In this document: one piece after another, positions 45,717 through 61,639 of the stretch
How the letters are laid out: each line of letters opens with the position of its first letter
Position numbering within the stretch: the stretch's first letter is position 1
Source of the DNA: Eledone cirrhosa
Lineage: Eukaryota
Direction: 5' to 3'
Length of the DNA stretch: 64,000 bases
Assembly (NCBI GenBank): GCA_964016885.1
Contig: OZ024743.1
Span: 59,520,001 to 59,584,000 of the forward strand
Notes under the pieces: model-generated
The model's database searches: none
What the model was told of the DNA's origin: nothing
The model's input: the letters and a program-made list of their open reading frames with translations, nothing else
Program-made: the position numbers and the translations under genes

Positions 45717-46728
45717 CGAAGTTTGTTTTATAAATTTGGACATAACCAAGGAGAATATACCTTAACGGTTCAAGTTATACTTGGATAGTGATAAGAGAAG
45801 AAAAGTCACATATTTCGAATTATTAAGATGAGTATGCAAAACACGTTATCATAGTCGCTATGAAAAATGTAAATAATTATGATAAGTTATTGTATGCGTA
45901 GGAAAGAAGAGAAAGGAAGAAGAGCTAGCATTTACGTTAATTTTGGGGAAAACATTTATTTACCTATATTATGAGTTATAATATTGTATATGTAATCAGT
46001 TAGATTATAGGAAGAATTATGTTTGTAAGAATTTTTATCTTATTACATTACGATAGGCTATATGTATATACATATCTCTATATATATTAATAATTGCGTA
46101 TGTATTAGTATTATAGAGATAGAGATAATTTATAATTATTAGTTGTTTATATATCAAATATGAGTTACGAAGGTGTTGATTTTGTATTTTACTTAAAAAT
46201 AGGTGGTTCAAGTTGTGAGAGTAGAAGAATTTGTGGATTCAAAAATTTTGTTCAACATTGAAAATGTTTTCAGAATATTGTTAATTTAGCGAAGCTATAC
46301 AGATTATCAAAAATAATATGTTTATGTTTGCACAATTGAGAAAGGGCAGATAACTACAATTTGTTTGTGAACCATAAGTTAGATGAATGATTTACTCCAA
46401 AATATATAGAGAAAATTATATATTATTTTGTGTGAGATCAATTATTTTAGTCGAAAGATGTGTGAATGTTTGAATAACAAGAGAGAGGAAAAATGTAATG
46501 TGTTTTTCTAAGAACTATCGTAAAGAGGATAAATTTTCAGAATGTCATTTAAAGATTATCAATCTACATCTAATAATATATTTAAAAGGGTGTCCTTAGA
46601 AAAATAATGTCAGAGTTAAAAATAATGTCAGAATTAATGTCGGAAATTACATTATAACATTTTATATTATATTAATTATTAAATTATAAAATATATTATA
46701 TTTTTTTATATATTATATTAATTATAAA

Positions 46729-46816
<88 letters not shown>

Positions 46817-47941
46817 CATACATACATACATACATACATACATACATACATACATACATACATACATACATGTATACACAACCAAATTGAAAAATCATAA
46901 TATAAAATTTAGTCCAATTGTTTAGAATTACAAGTGAAGCCATTATTTTCCTCATATTTATATATGTGTGTGTATGTGTGTGTGTATGTATCACTTTAAC
47001 GCATCCACGAAAATATCTGTAGCTCTGATATAATCGGAAAAACTGCCCCACGCTCGGTTCATTTTTTTATATTTTAAATTACAAGTAGTTGGCTGTGGTT
47101 TGCTCATCTTACATATAACTAAACATGTCCATCACTGAATATAAAGATCTTGCATAACAGTTGTTCTTCATGAGTAACGACATTGCAATATCGACAGAAT
47201 ATATGAATTTGTTTTGGATTAATTATTATTCTGAAGTATTTTTGCTATACCCTTTCGCATATCTAAATATAGTAAAACAAAATTATTTATTGAATATATT
47301 TGGAAAGTTTTTACTATAATTTTTCTCTCTTCAAATAATATTTACTTGTTTGGAAATATGTCATGATTCTGACAATTGCAACAAAAACTCCTTCTCATCC
47401 CCCAATTTCAAAGACGCATGAGAAACATAAAATATGCAGCACTTAGAATGTACAAATGTAAGCAGAATAATTTCCATGTTATTTTCTATTTGTATCTTAC
47501 TGACTAAATATAATTTTCAAATACTATGCATCGACATATATGAAATAGTGAGGAAAGAGAGACAGTATTAACAAGGCAATTTGTAGAGAAGAACTATGAA
47601 TGATTTGATCTTGAATAATTCATACATGGGGACTAAACAATTCGAAACCAAAGAATAATACAAGCGAGGTTTCCACGATACTGTTGTGCTTGATAGAAAC
47701 TTACTTCATACTTGTAACATACTATCTACTACATATTGCATATTATACATTTGATAGGTTATGATAAATGATTTCTTACATATGTAACATGTTATCTTTA
47801 TAGTGTACAGTCTCTTTATGTTCTAGTGTTTATATTGTTTATAGCTTGTTTACTTCTGTACGTATAGCCCCTTTAATTATATTGGGGGTATTTTACTGGA
47901 TTGTTGGGTACTAAATTAGCAACGATTGAATTAGTAATAAT

Positions 47942-48128
47942 TGTTTCTACTTTAGGCACAAGGCCAGCAATTACACAGTGCATTACTGGTACTTTATTTT
48001 ATCGACCCCGTAAGGATGAAAGGCAAAGTCAACCTCGGCAGGATTTGAACTCAGCTCGTAAAGGGACGTAACTATGCTGGAAAGCTTGGCGTCCGACCCT
48101 CTACCGATACTGCCAATCCACCGCCCTT
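47942..48128 (-). mobile_element. tRNA-derived SINE
   Basis: Same family as 4941. 17-bp TSD ATTGAATTAGTAATAAT at 47925-47941 and 48129-48145. Confidence 0.9.
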
Positions 48129-50126
48129 ATTGAATTAGTAATAATAGCAAGTCACGTACGCCAATAGAGAAATATTTCTTATGGCATGTCTATAAGATTT
48201 CATGCAAATATTATCCATTTTAAATAAAGTGCACTGTAATAATGGTTTGTGTGTATAGCTTTTAAATTCCCCTCGAGAACGGTTTTGTTACAAGTCAAGG
48301 CAATTCGCGAATTAACACTAATTAACAGCATTTGTGAGGTAAGAGATTTATCTAGTGTATCTGGAGCTAAATGGTAGACATGTTTTTAGGAAAATATTGA
48401 AAAGACGAATAACGTTCATGACAATATCCACTATGTATCTTCTATTTATTCAAAATATATGGGATCGCCGTATAAATGTCACTTAAATTCGATATGCCAG
48501 AGAGACAATAAACACCCATAACCTCTAGATGATTAGTAACACTATGGCATTTGTGTGAGTATTCGCCTCTTATATTGACAAATATGTTATTCACAATTAA
48601 GAAACATATTCAAACACTAAGTGTGTCCAGGACACACTACGGAAATTAGAATATATCGGAAGAGGCAATATGCATGCTTGCCTTTAGAGGAACTGTCTTT
48701 AATATACATGCAAGCTTTTGATATGAATTTAAGAGACATTGAAAGTTGTAATTGTCCAACATAAACTAGAGGACAGAAGTACAATATATTTATCGATAAT
48801 TGAATAGATTCAAGTTGAAACAAGATGCATAATTGTGGTTATAAATGTTATATAGAAAATTTGATATTTCTACGAATGGGTATATTGTAGGTCTATTAGG
48901 CATAAGAAATATTTTCGAAGAGAAGTTGATTACATTGCTGATGTATAGCCAAATACTAACGATTGTTTATTGTATATAGAAACAAAACTTGGCTTTCCTG
49001 AAAGAATTTAGTGCTAACAATACAAGTACATAACAGAATAACCAATATATATGTAAACAAAACTAACTTTATTCAGCCAATTAGTAGCATCACATTTGTG
49101 GAAATAAAAGGTCCATCAACTGTATAACTCAATTATGAGATACAACTACTTTTTATAGTTAATTAGATTTTTTGTGGAGGAATAGTCCATTCATCACACG
49201 TTGATTAATACAGCTGATGTTCAAGTGGAAGTTTTGAAGAGGGATGTCCATGGAGGTTATTTTTCTGTAATGTGGAATATTGCTGAGATATGGAGTGGAA
49301 TTAACGCTGACAATACGTACTGATTGAAAGGGTGAATCAAATGAGCAGTGGAAAAAGAAACGGTAAAATGACAATTGCCAATTAGCCAGTGTGACCGAAT
49401 AGGCCTATAAGCTACATGATTACAATGATATCGGTTTGCTGAGGCATGTATTAAAAAATAAATCGATGTTGTGTGAGGGTGGAGGGAGGCAGCTCATCAC
49501 TTACGTATTTTGTTAGCAGATATAATAAAAAACGAGTTTGGTAAGTATATATACGGTTGAAAGTGAAATAATGTACCTGCTATATATTGTTTGTTGTGAG
49601 TTATTGTTAAGAAAATTAATAATTTATTTATGGTTGCAAAAATGAATAAGTCTTAGATGTAAAAGTGTTGCAGGTGAATGTGGACCTGAAATGGAACTGT
49701 AAGCTGTTTATTAATTTCATCTTTGTGTGCGACAAGGGCAAGTATGGTCAACCCATAGAAGGTACATATGTGCGCAATGGATACTGGATGATTGCAATGT
49801 TATCAGCATCGTATGATGTATATACCAAACTATATGTGGTGTAGAAACACAGCTCTCACTCTCTCGTCCTCTCACTCACTCACAAACTTTCTTCTCTCTT
49901 TCTTTCTCTGTATATATAAATATATATATATGTGTGGGTGGGGGTGGGGGATTGTCGTGTGAATGTGTGTGCGCGTATATTCATATTATCATGGCTAAAT
50001 AGTAAGTCTTATAAGTCTGGAGTGTCTCCAGTACATCCAGATTAACAAGACTCACCATTTAGCCTTAATAACATGAATATTAAAGCTCTGTTTCAGTACT
50101 GAATATTGTTTTCTCTCAGCCGTGAA

Positions 50127-50172
<46 letters not shown>

Positions 50173-50641
50173 ATTACTTTCATATTAAGTTATTTTATCG
50201 TCAAATCTATATTCTAATAGCCCTCTCAATCCGCTCTTATAGAAGCAGGCTACGATGATAATGCATGTATTTTAAAATCTCTAAAATTAGATGGCTATCG
50301 ATTTTTCATGTGTATTTCAGTAAAACGAAATTAGGAAAACCTTCCTTCCCAACTTAATACTTAATTGATCAATGAAGACGTTCACTGAATCTAGTCTCAT
50401 CAGTATTATTTTACCGGGTATAATAGAATAGATTAATTAGCAAACGGATACAATTTCAGTGCATACAAATAGAATCTAACGCTTATTCCTCTATATTAAT
50501 ATATAGTTCAGTTGTTGTAAGTTTGATAGACTGACGTTTCAGGGATATTCGGATGGCATGTTAGCAAATGGACCATCTAAGTAGATTTTTTCTTGTTGTT
50601 ACCGATGTTTATCAATTGGTTTGTTCAATATTCTTCTTGTC

Positions 50642-50827
50642 GGTTGATTGGTAGTATCGGTAGAGGGTCAGACTCCATGCTTTCAGACATAGAGTTACGT
50701 CCCTTTACGGCCTGAGTTCAAATACCGCCGAGGATAACTTTGCCTTTCATCTTTACGGGATCGATAAAATAAAGTACCAGTAATGCACTGGGTTAATTGT
50801 TGGCCTTGTGCCCAAAGTAGAAACAAT
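50642..50827 (+). mobile_element. tRNA-derived SINE
   Basis: Same family. 13-bp TSD TATTCTTCTTGTC at 50629-50641 and 50828-50840. Confidence 0.9.
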
Positions 50828-53564
50828 TATTCTTCTTGTCTACGTATATTGAATAAATTAATATACGCAACGAATATACTGAAATAAATAATTGGTATTC
50901 TCATTTAATGTAATCAGAAATGGAAGAGGAATTAAAAGAATCGACTACATATTTATGATCTAGGTCCTAAACAAATTGTACGACACTCAATATTGTGGAT
51001 AATCGTTTATATTTCACAAATGAATCATTGGCTCCATTTCAAACTGATCATTAAGAGATTTGGTAATTAGTCCAATACATGGTAAATAATCTGATTTATT
51101 ATGTTTTGGAATCATGCACAAGCAGTCTGCATGATTTACATGCAAATAATATATACACTGAAAATCGTAGGCCCATGCTAACTGGACAAGCAACCTCACT
51201 GCTTGTGGTTTGGCCTGACAACACCTATCATTGGGTGCTTTAGCCATATTGACTGTTGTAAGGATCTTCTCCTTACGCGAGTTTAATGCTAAAATTCAGC
51301 AAAAGCTTCGAAGCCGAGATGATGCCGGGAGAATTTCATCAGGGGTGAATGCAAAAATGTTCCCGGGCACAACACCTTTCTCTAGGTAACTGCTGGAAAA
51401 TATAGAAAATAGATACGTACATACATTCATCGCACCTATACACATATAATGAATGCGCATAGCGTAGAAGTCTAACGACCGAAAAGTCATGTTCAACCGC
51501 TGGCAGCGTGATATGTAATTTAGCAAGAAACTCAGCTCGAAAAGAAACCAGTTGTATCTCTAATTAAAAATCCTAGTCTTGCCACATTCTGTCCCATTCT
51601 GAATCTTCCTAGAACTACATAAAATAGTCCAGGTTTATGTAGATTGCTAAGTCACTCGCATGTTACATTTATGAAGAGTCTGTTGCAGCGTTGGCCCAAC
51701 ATATAACGACACACATTCAATACACATGCATCATATTTTCTTACTCCATCAACTTATATAATAACCCTATCTAGCTCCTCCATGGCACTTAACATGCCAC
51801 TATTCAACTTCATCCCTTGACTTGTGTATTGTTGTCTTTATGTGCTGCCCAGTTTAGTACTAAACATCTGACCATCTGCAATTAATATTACTCAACTTAA
51901 AACCGCAATCTAGCTGTTAGGCGATTTTGTATGCCGAGATTTTTAACACAACCATATAGCTATGTTAATAACGTTAGTTATTTTCCATTGACTGTTTGAT
52001 CTTCGGCTTCATCTATTGCCAAAGCTTATCATTCCCATCAAATAAAGACGTCCACTCCTTTTCAAGAATTCTGAGGGGATTTTGTCTCTGAAGATAACAC
52101 AACAGTAATTCTTATATTTCCAACATCACTAGTTCCGATAAGAATAACATTTAAGAACTCTGCCCTTCCTCTTCTTAGTAAACCACAAGAAATAACACCA
52201 ACATGAAAGTTCCTACTGTAAAATGTAATATAGGATGGTATCTAGCACAGTATATAACATATATTTTCAGGAGTGTTTCTACGATGGAATGTTTTGTATA
52301 TGATAGCTATGATGGCAAGTATTTGTGCAAGTGCAAACAATGTTTGGCAAACGTTATAAAATATTATATTTCGAAATCCACATGTAACAGAAAATAAAAA
52401 TAGTTAGCTGGCGCCTGTTCTTGGCGTGTTCTAAGTCGTGATGAAACATGAATTTTGATTAATGCTTTGCTTATCTCTAGAATAAAAGTGGTTATACGTA
52501 TATTCACCTTGCTAGAAATAGCAGCAAAATTACTTTTCTGATTAAAAAGAAGCCAAAGGAATATGAAGTATATAATGGATAATGTAATCCTAGATTCATT
52601 CTGTTTCTTTTAAATAAAAGACTCAATAATTATGGCTCAGAAGCATTTGATCAGAGGTTCGTTCAATCAGTTCTAGCATGGGACTATTGGACAGCCAAAT
52701 CTAGCATCAGAGAATGTTTCTGCCATCCTGAAATATATATACTATGTGCTCCCTAGTAACTGGGTCCTCCTCATCTCACCCTTCCTATAGATCTCTATCT
52801 TATTACCTCTAATCCATATAGATTCTTAAGCTTGCATTAAACTATAAGCTTGACGTATTTTATCTCCCTTCTCCCCTCAACTTGTGGTTTCCTCCTCTTT
52901 TCACTCTTACATTTAAGAAAGATAGGCCGAGAAATTTTGAAGAATAATTCAGGGATAAAGGGATATAACATATTTATCATATTACTAATCGGATGTTATA
53001 GCCTGGTTGTGGTTACGTTCTTCATTTAAAGAGAATATAGAATAATCATCACCAAAGCATAAGTGATATTCGAAAATAGCTCCATGTTTCTTTTAAAAAA
53101 CATAGGACCGTCAAGTATACAGATGTTCTACCAATGGTTTTCCAAGCACTCAATGAACACTCAGAAACCATATTATAATAGCCAAGGAAACAGAAACATA
53201 TTTATTATCCATATATATCATGCCAGATAAATTAAAGTGGTAGCAAACCCACATATGTGTCAGATAACTTCAATGGGAGAGAATATAAGATACTCAATAT
53301 ATTATATTAACAAAATTCCAGGCTCCTGGATCAGATTAACGTAAGGCTTTACAGCTGAAATCTGATAAATCTGAACTCCCAGATAGTCATCCATGTTTGT
53401 TCTCGAAAATACATTATTATAACTCTGTGTGAACTGAGTGACAACCAGAAATGTTGAATGAGATAACAACAGCGATTCGTATACGTGACAGTCGTATACA
53501 AACAAACTACTACACACCCATAAAAAGACTCCCACACCTTATAAAATTATCTATCTATTTCTCT

Positions 53565-53619
<55 letters not shown>

Positions 53620-53652
53620 CTCGCTCTCGCTCTCTCTCTCTCTCTTATATAC

Positions 53653-53698
<46 letters not shown>

Positions 53699-53871
53699 CA
53701 AACAGTGAGTGTGTTCTGTTATTAATTCTGGCAATATTACGCAAATATGACCCTCCCCAAATATAACAATATATATATATATATATATATATATGTCTAA
53801 TGGTAGCTAAGATGCTTCTATAGGCGGTATGCTGGTTCAGCACTCTATGCTCCTACGGAGCAGAGTATGAT

Positions 53872-54131
53872 AGAATGGTAAACGAAAAATCAGTGATGCA
53901 TCGGAACTCAATTTATTGATTTATTGTGTGTTACAATTATTTCCCCAGCGAACAGCTCGAGGTGCGAATTCTGACTCTGATTCGCACGTTCCGAAATCAG
54001 TAGACGTGTTCGAGGAACCTGCGAATCGGGTCGATCCAAACACAGATCGCACCTCGAACTGATCGCCGGGGAAACAATTGTAACACAATATATTGAATTC
54101 CGATGCATCACTGATTTTTCGTTTCCCATTC
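53872..54131. mobile_element. GC-richer foldback/MITE-like palindromic element
   Basis: AGAATGGTAAACGAAAAATCAGTGATGCATCGGAA... is inverted at ...TTCCGATGCATCACTGATTTTTCGTTTCCCATTCT, and the imperfect arms extend almost to the centre. Confidence 0.7.
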
Positions 54132-54150
54132 TCTCGCTCTCTCTCTCTCT

Positions 54151-54246
<96 letters not shown>

Positions 54247-55343
54247 AAATTGGGAGTAACCACAGCGAATATACGAATCAGAAGCATATTTATATGGGGA
54301 TTTGCTAACCGAAGTCTTTTATTGAATTCTCATCTGCATTCTCTTATCATACATTCATTTAGTATTTAGCCTTTTAGTAATAGCATAGGAGAAATTACAC
54401 GTAATGGAATCCTAAGCAATATACCACCTGTCCATTTGGGTGGTTATATTAAATTCTCTGAAGGATATAGGTCTGAATGTCCCAATGGTTTGATAAACGC
54501 AATACATTTTGCCAAAGTTTGAATAGGAGGAATATTAATCCTCTTATTGTAGTGTAACGTAGCCCATTAGATCATTAAATACAGGACTATTCCCAGTATT
54601 GAATTATTCGTTTATTTTTAGACTTCAAATGAATGGGAGGAACATTTAAAACTTACCAGGATTTGAACTCAGAGCACTGAGGTATATTTAATCATCATAT
54701 GCCCTCTACTACGATTCCAATTCGCCACCCTTCTCATAGTCTACTGGCAACATATAAACAAACGTTTTTTCTCAATGTATATTTAGTTCTGTACGCATAC
54801 TGGTGGGTGGGTAAACAGAAAAATGATTTGAAAAGAAATCAGTAGATTATATGGAAGTTAAATACATATGTTCTTGTCGCATCCGAAACGTTTGTCTACG
54901 CCGAATGAAACAATTGGCTAGGTGCAAGTAACTTAAACTGTTCACACATACACACACAGACACATATGTGTAAGTGTGTGCATGTGCATTACAGATTGTC
55001 GTTATAAATTATTATGATATTACACTCAGGTTTCTTATACAATTTTCAACATAGATTAGTTCTTGTCTCAGCCAGATAACATGAATAACTCATACTTCTA
55101 CAGTATTTCCTGTTAATTAGTTAGTATTAAAATACACGGATTTGGCTAGTATATGTGAAAACTCTATTATGAACTACAATAAAGATACATTCATATATTC
55201 AAATATGTATGAGCATAATCACGCTTACACTAATATATACTACTACATAACAACATATATATGCATATCAACAAATATATATTTATTATACACACACACT
55301 CGACCATGCACAGAGAGAGACACACACACAAATATATACACAA

Positions 55344-55416
<73 letters not shown>

Positions 55417-55436
55417 AATATATATATATACAATAG

Positions 55437-56069
<633 letters not shown>

Positions 56070-56116
56070 AAGGTAAAGCGAAGTAGTTTCAGATGTTTAT
56101 GTTCTTTAATAATAAT

Positions 56117-56190
56117 GCTGTGACATATATTTCAATGACGACACTGGCCACACTGTTCTGTGTGCGAGTGTCGTGTCATCATCAGACAGC
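56117..56190 (-). ncRNA. Type I hammerhead with long stem II
   Basis: GCTGT-CTGATGA-TGAC..GACACT..CACAC agaaca GTGTG..AGTGTC GTCA TT-GAAA-TATATG-TC/ACAGC. Confidence 0.72.
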
Positions 56191-57264
56191 TTGTTACATA
56201 ATAAGGTTATGTTTCCGAGGCAATCCAAATTGGATCGACAAGGGAACGGATGAATTGCGTGTTTTGGGGTTTTTCATCCGCTCCCTTGTGAGACCAATTC
56301 CCCCCCCCCCCCCCACACCGGCCTGCGCAAGCGCATGTCCGAAGGAAGTTGTCAATTCGCCACCGCAGACTTCAACGAAATTTGCTTAGTCAGTTCACCC
56401 TGTCATCCAAAACAATGGCCCACCAATGCATTTTGCATATATGTACTCTGTGTTTTTGCATTTATTCACTATTGGTTCTGTTCTTTTCTTTTGTGTACTT
56501 TATGTCTGTTTTTCTTTGATTTTGTTCCATGTGATGGAAATTAAAACTGTATACCAGATCCACTAGTGCCTGGAGCCCTGTAGTTATAATGTACGGCACT
56601 GTCGTTCAATATGTGGATAGAGTAACTGTGACACTAGAATCCCTCTCAGAACATATTACTTAAACATCTCTCTCCATATTATTTACTCACTTCAGTCTAT
56701 TTTTTTACTCACCTCAATCGAATTATCACCTGAAAAGAATTTTTTTAATTCTTTTTTTAATTCTTTAATTTCTAATTGTTAATTTCTTAATTGTTTAATT
56801 TATAATTTCTGATATTTGATTTAGGATTTTAATTTTTATTTCCAACTCTCACTCTTAACTTCCAACGTAAAACCATGATACCTAGAATAAGTTTATTTTG
56901 CCTTATAAGGTGATGGTCAGTAGTACCGTCAACGCTTAGTGAGGGGTAGTATTCTGACAACTAACACTCTCCCATCCCCTCTGGCTCTCGGCTGACTGCC
57001 ACAGCCGTGATGGGTAGCAGTAAAATATGGTGGGCCATTGTTTTGGATGACAGGGTGAACTGACTAAGCAAATTTCGTTGAAGTCTGCGGTGGCGAATGG
57101 TCAACTTCCTTCGGACATGCGCTTGCGCAGGCCGGTGGGTGGGGGGTGGGGGGGAATTGGTACTCACAAGGGAGCGGATGAAAAACCCCAAAACACGCAA
57201 TTCATCCGTTCCCTTGTCGATCCAATTTGGATTGCCTCGGAAACATAACCTTATTATGTAACAA

Positions 57265-57338
57265 GCTGTCTGATGATGACACAACACTCGCACACAGAAC
57301 AGTGTGGCCAGTGTCGTCATTGAAATATATGTCGCAGC
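57265..57338 (+). ncRNA. Type I hammerhead with long stem II (inverted copy)
   Basis: Same fold; stem I GCTGT/GCAGC; GUC at 57331-33. Confidence 0.72.
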
Positions 57339-57461
57339 ATTATTATTGAAGGACTTGAACATCTGAAACTACTTCGCTTTTCCTTATTCGATATTTACTC
57401 CGTCACTCCTATGTGGAAAAAGTACGTTGAGTACTTGAATTGAATTGCATCAATGTTTACC

Positions 57462-57515
<54 letters not shown>

Positions 57516-57547
57516 AATATATATATATATATATAGAAATATAGAAA

Positions 57548-57598
57548 AGCTTCTACATGACTAGAACTGTTTCATTCGTGAGAAATCATCAGGAAGCT
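57548..57598 (-). ncRNA. Type I hammerhead ribozyme
   Basis: AGCTTC-CTGATGA-TTTC tcac GAAT-GAAA-CA gttctagtca TG-TA/GAAGCT. Confidence 0.75.
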
Positions 57599-58878
57599 GA
57601 CTGTCCAAGTAACTGGGGTGGTATTTATATATTTTCTGGTGGTAAGAGAGGTTGGGGATTGGGTTGGGTAAAGATCATTGGTTGAGGAATCAACCAATGA
57701 CCTCTACACATCCCAATCCCCAATAATATACATGGGTAATAATTTATTGATGTTTTATCTATTAGAATAATTTCATTAGGAGTCTTTGTATCCTATGTTT
57801 TGTTTAGGACAGTTCAATATTTAACTTGACAATTGTTTATTCATGGTTTGGAATTATCACTAGATTTCAGAGTAGTTAAATGTTCACATATGGTGAATGA
57901 GTTATCTTCCTTTTGTTTACATTCTTCGTAAATATTTTTATTCTGTTTGAATAGCTTACTAAATTATATTTGACATGAATTATGTAGTTTAATAATATAA
58001 GAATATCTTTAAAAGGTAACTATAATAATATATAATTACTGAAGTAAATATAAATTAACGGAATAAAATTTTTGAGATTAAATATAACAGGAATGTAATC
58101 CTATAATTAAAGAATAGAAATGATTTTATAAAGTAAATATCCTATTTAAATAAAATAATTCGGCTAAAAAATGATCTTAATATATTATATATATTGATGG
58201 GGAGATAAGCATTTTTGATATATATTTTAAATGCATGTTTAATAATTATTTAAATTGGTTTTAAAGATAATTTTTTTTAAAAGTTGTAACAAAATAGTTA
58301 AGGAATTTATTACTTAAACTAAAATTATAATCTATAATGAGTTAAATTAAATTATATAAATGTTTAATTAAACCAATTATGTGATGGCTATAAAATGTAA
58401 TGTATATTGACTAATTTTGATATAATATATAAGTATAATTAGCTTAACCCTAATCAAATACAAGAGATATTCAATGGTTTATGGTAATTGATTGGTTGCC
58501 TCAATTGACCTAATACTTGAAAACAACGGTTTTTTTCTATATATCCTAACATATTTTATGTTCCCTCTCTTTTGTCGTTATTTATCCTTTCTTCTTCTTT
58601 TATTCATTTAAATATTTATGTATGTATTTATATATTTTTTCTTGTTTTTTCTTTTTTCTTTCTTTTTTACCTTCTTTTTTCTTTCTTTCTTTCTTTCTTT
58701 CTTCCTTGTTCTTGCCTTCCTCCACTTTACACACTCTCTTATATCTCCAATGCGTTCCATGTCCTTTTCTTCATTGTGTTTATCATATTATTATTTGTGG
58801 TATAAAAATGTTGAGATTTGATGAAATAAATCACTGCCAATATTGGAATTGAACTATCAAGACCGTAGAGGTATGTCA

Positions 58879-59236
<358 letters not shown>

Positions 59237-59254
59237 ATATATATATATATATAT

Positions 59255-60112
59255 TGTTATACTTTGGGAGGGTCATATTGCCAATAAGAAACACACGCAC
59301 CAGTTGCTTTCACTTCAATTTATTATAATAAATTTATAAATTTAGCAATTTATAAATTTCTGGTTGGTTGGTTGGTTCCACAACCAGATAGTTGTTTATA
59401 TATTGTCATAGTTCTTTCGTCACACATTATGTGATCTCTTCAGTGACTGGGGATTCTTTTCTTTGTTTTTGTGCCTCTCCTTTGTTCTGTCCTACGCCAT
59501 TTTGTTTCTGTGTGTGTGTTGTGTGCTCAGTCTGCGCATACGCCACATCCGGGTGTCTGTGTGTGTTTATATTTGTTTATTTATTTGTTTATTTACATGT
59601 TACCGGTTGGTTGTTTGTTCTATGTGTGTGTGTTTTCATTTTGTCCTTAATTGTAAGTTGTGATGTTGCTGTTCCACTCATATTTTCTATTTAATTTTGG
59701 TTGTAATTCTTTTATGTTTATTGCCTCTGTAATTTGTCTAAACATTGCGTCTTTTCTGTTTGTAGATTCTATTTTTATTTCTAAGTTCTCTAATTTACCC
59801 TTGTGTTCTATTTTAGCATGTTGGTAGAGTACAGATGATTCTTTACTATCTTGAAGGTCTCGCCAGTGTTCGTTTATCCGTTCCCCTACACTACGAGCTG
59901 TCTCACCTATGTACACTATATTTTTGTCTCTACATTGTCCTTCAGTATATCTTATGCTATACACTACATTTCTAGTTTTACAGTTAATATGGGGGCTTAT
60001 TTTACAGGTTATACATTTATTATCTGAACATGGGGTCTTTGGAAAGGGTATGTCTTGCCAATACGTGTTTTTACGGAGGTACCTGGTCTTTCTACTATCT
60101 TAATATTGAGTT
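59255..60112 (-). mobile_element. 5'-truncated PLE: GIY-YIG remnant, 3' UTR, hammerhead and terminal tail
   Basis: KIVERPG..., NVVYSI...IVYIGETARSVGERINEH...RQITEAINIKELQPKLNRKYEW (stop at 59647). HHR at 59405-59447. Confidence 0.88.
59405..59447 (-). ncRNA. Minimal type I hammerhead ribozyme
   Basis: GTCA-CTGAAGA-G(A)TCACAT aat GTGTGAC-GAAA-GAAC-TA/TGAC. Confidence 0.78.
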
Positions 60113-60117
60113 TATGT

Positions 60118-60210
<93 letters not shown>

Positions 60211-60479
60211 AGTGTATTTATATATATACATACGTAGAATATTTTGAAGAGCAAATAGTAAGAGCAATGGAGAGACGAATGGAAAACTATTTTTACATGT
60301 GCTATATATCTATATATCATATTATTAAAGAATATATAGATATATAGCGGAACTCACTGAAAACTTTCTTTCCTAATTCCCAGTTTTGAAAAAGGGAAAC
60401 AAGTCCCTTGCAATGAAATACCGCCCGATCTCACTCATCTCGTTAAGGTATCTTAGAGCGTGGTGAAAGCTGAATTCAA

Positions 60480-61375
60480 AACAACATGAGTTCCTTAATG
60501 ACAAGTATTGCCTAATGCTGCTCCTGCATCACTTTGATGACGTTTTAAGAGTTTTGGCAGAGGGTTCCAAAACTGATGCCATATACATAGATTTCAGGTA
60601 AGACCTTTGATATGGTTGATGACAAAATCCTGTTGAAAAACTATCAAACATTGGTGTTTCTGTAAATTTACTACAATGGTAAACAACTTCAAGACAAACA
60701 GGGTCCAATCTAATATGCTTGACGGAAAAACAATCATGCTCAGTCACACATAATCGTGGCATCTAATGATGCACTGCGTTGGGCACTCTTCTCTTCATTT
60801 TTAATATCAATGACACGATCGGCGTCATGAAGTACATCAACGTGTAAATCTTCGCAGGTGATTCCGAGATCAAGAGGGTCATCAATTAAGTGGAAGACCA
60901 GATATGCATTCAATCTGATCTACTTGCCGTTATTAAATGAGAAGGAAAAAAACAATATGCTACGGATCGAAGTTTAATTTGAGGGTAATACACATTGATA
61001 AGAGAATGCTCAGATGGAGCCCTAATGACATGCAACAACACCAGAGACCAGAAAGTAATTGTTGATAACAACCTTAGCTGGGATAACCATATAAACACCC
61101 GAGTTAAACTTACTCGCAGTATGGGTTTGTGGATTCTCAGAACATTCTAATCGAGAGATATCCACACCATAACCCTCCTATTTTTATTTTGCCCGGTCCT
61201 ATTTTGAATACTGTTTTCCACTGTGTCCTTTCTACACAAAACAAAGTATTATATAAACAGTTGCACCTCGCAAAATTAATCACTAAAACGATAGGCGGCC
61301 TTGACTAGTAGGGGTCGACTAGAAAGGTTCAACATCTACTCTCTCCACCACTTCCGTGTGCGCTATATTTTCTGC
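60480..61375 (+). pseudogene. Highly decayed CR1/Jockey-group LINE reverse transcriptase
   Basis: Frameshifted remnants DAIYIDF-KTFDMVDDKILLK, TALGTLLFIFNIND, IFAGDS (FADD position), VIVDNNLSWDNHIN. Confidence 0.7.
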
Positions 61376-61639
61376 TTTAAGGGGAAAATATTCAATTGGA
61401 ATCCCATAAAATAATTACGGCACAAATATTTCTCCTTAACTGGTACCGCTCCCTTTAACATCACCCCAAAACACATACAAAGTGAAGTGGAACCCATATG
61501 GGCATACAGTTAGCACACTGCATTGACACCTGTTAAAAAGCAATCCACAGACAACAATCAATGCTCAGCTGTCATCAAACTTCGTATGTACTTTTTTGTG
61601 TGTTTTTGTTATCAGCTCCTCAATTTTAGGCTCTTTAAC

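Larger units (their letters stand above)
56066..57464. mobile_element. Non-coding PLE-type element with ~360-bp inverted arms, each carrying a hammerhead
   Basis: 56066-56423 is the reverse complement of ~57030-57389, with a few mismatches. The right arm has a ~75-nt tail. (TA)n flanks. Confidence 0.82.

Noticed and set aside
51300-51384. Possible coding exon (QKLRSRDDAGRISSG...)
   Set aside because: Poor acceptor context and no recognisable homology.
56093-57362. Paired 98-aa and 133-aa ORFs in the inverted arms
   Set aside because: They are antisense to the ribozymes, diverge at a homopolymer frameshift and show no protein motifs.
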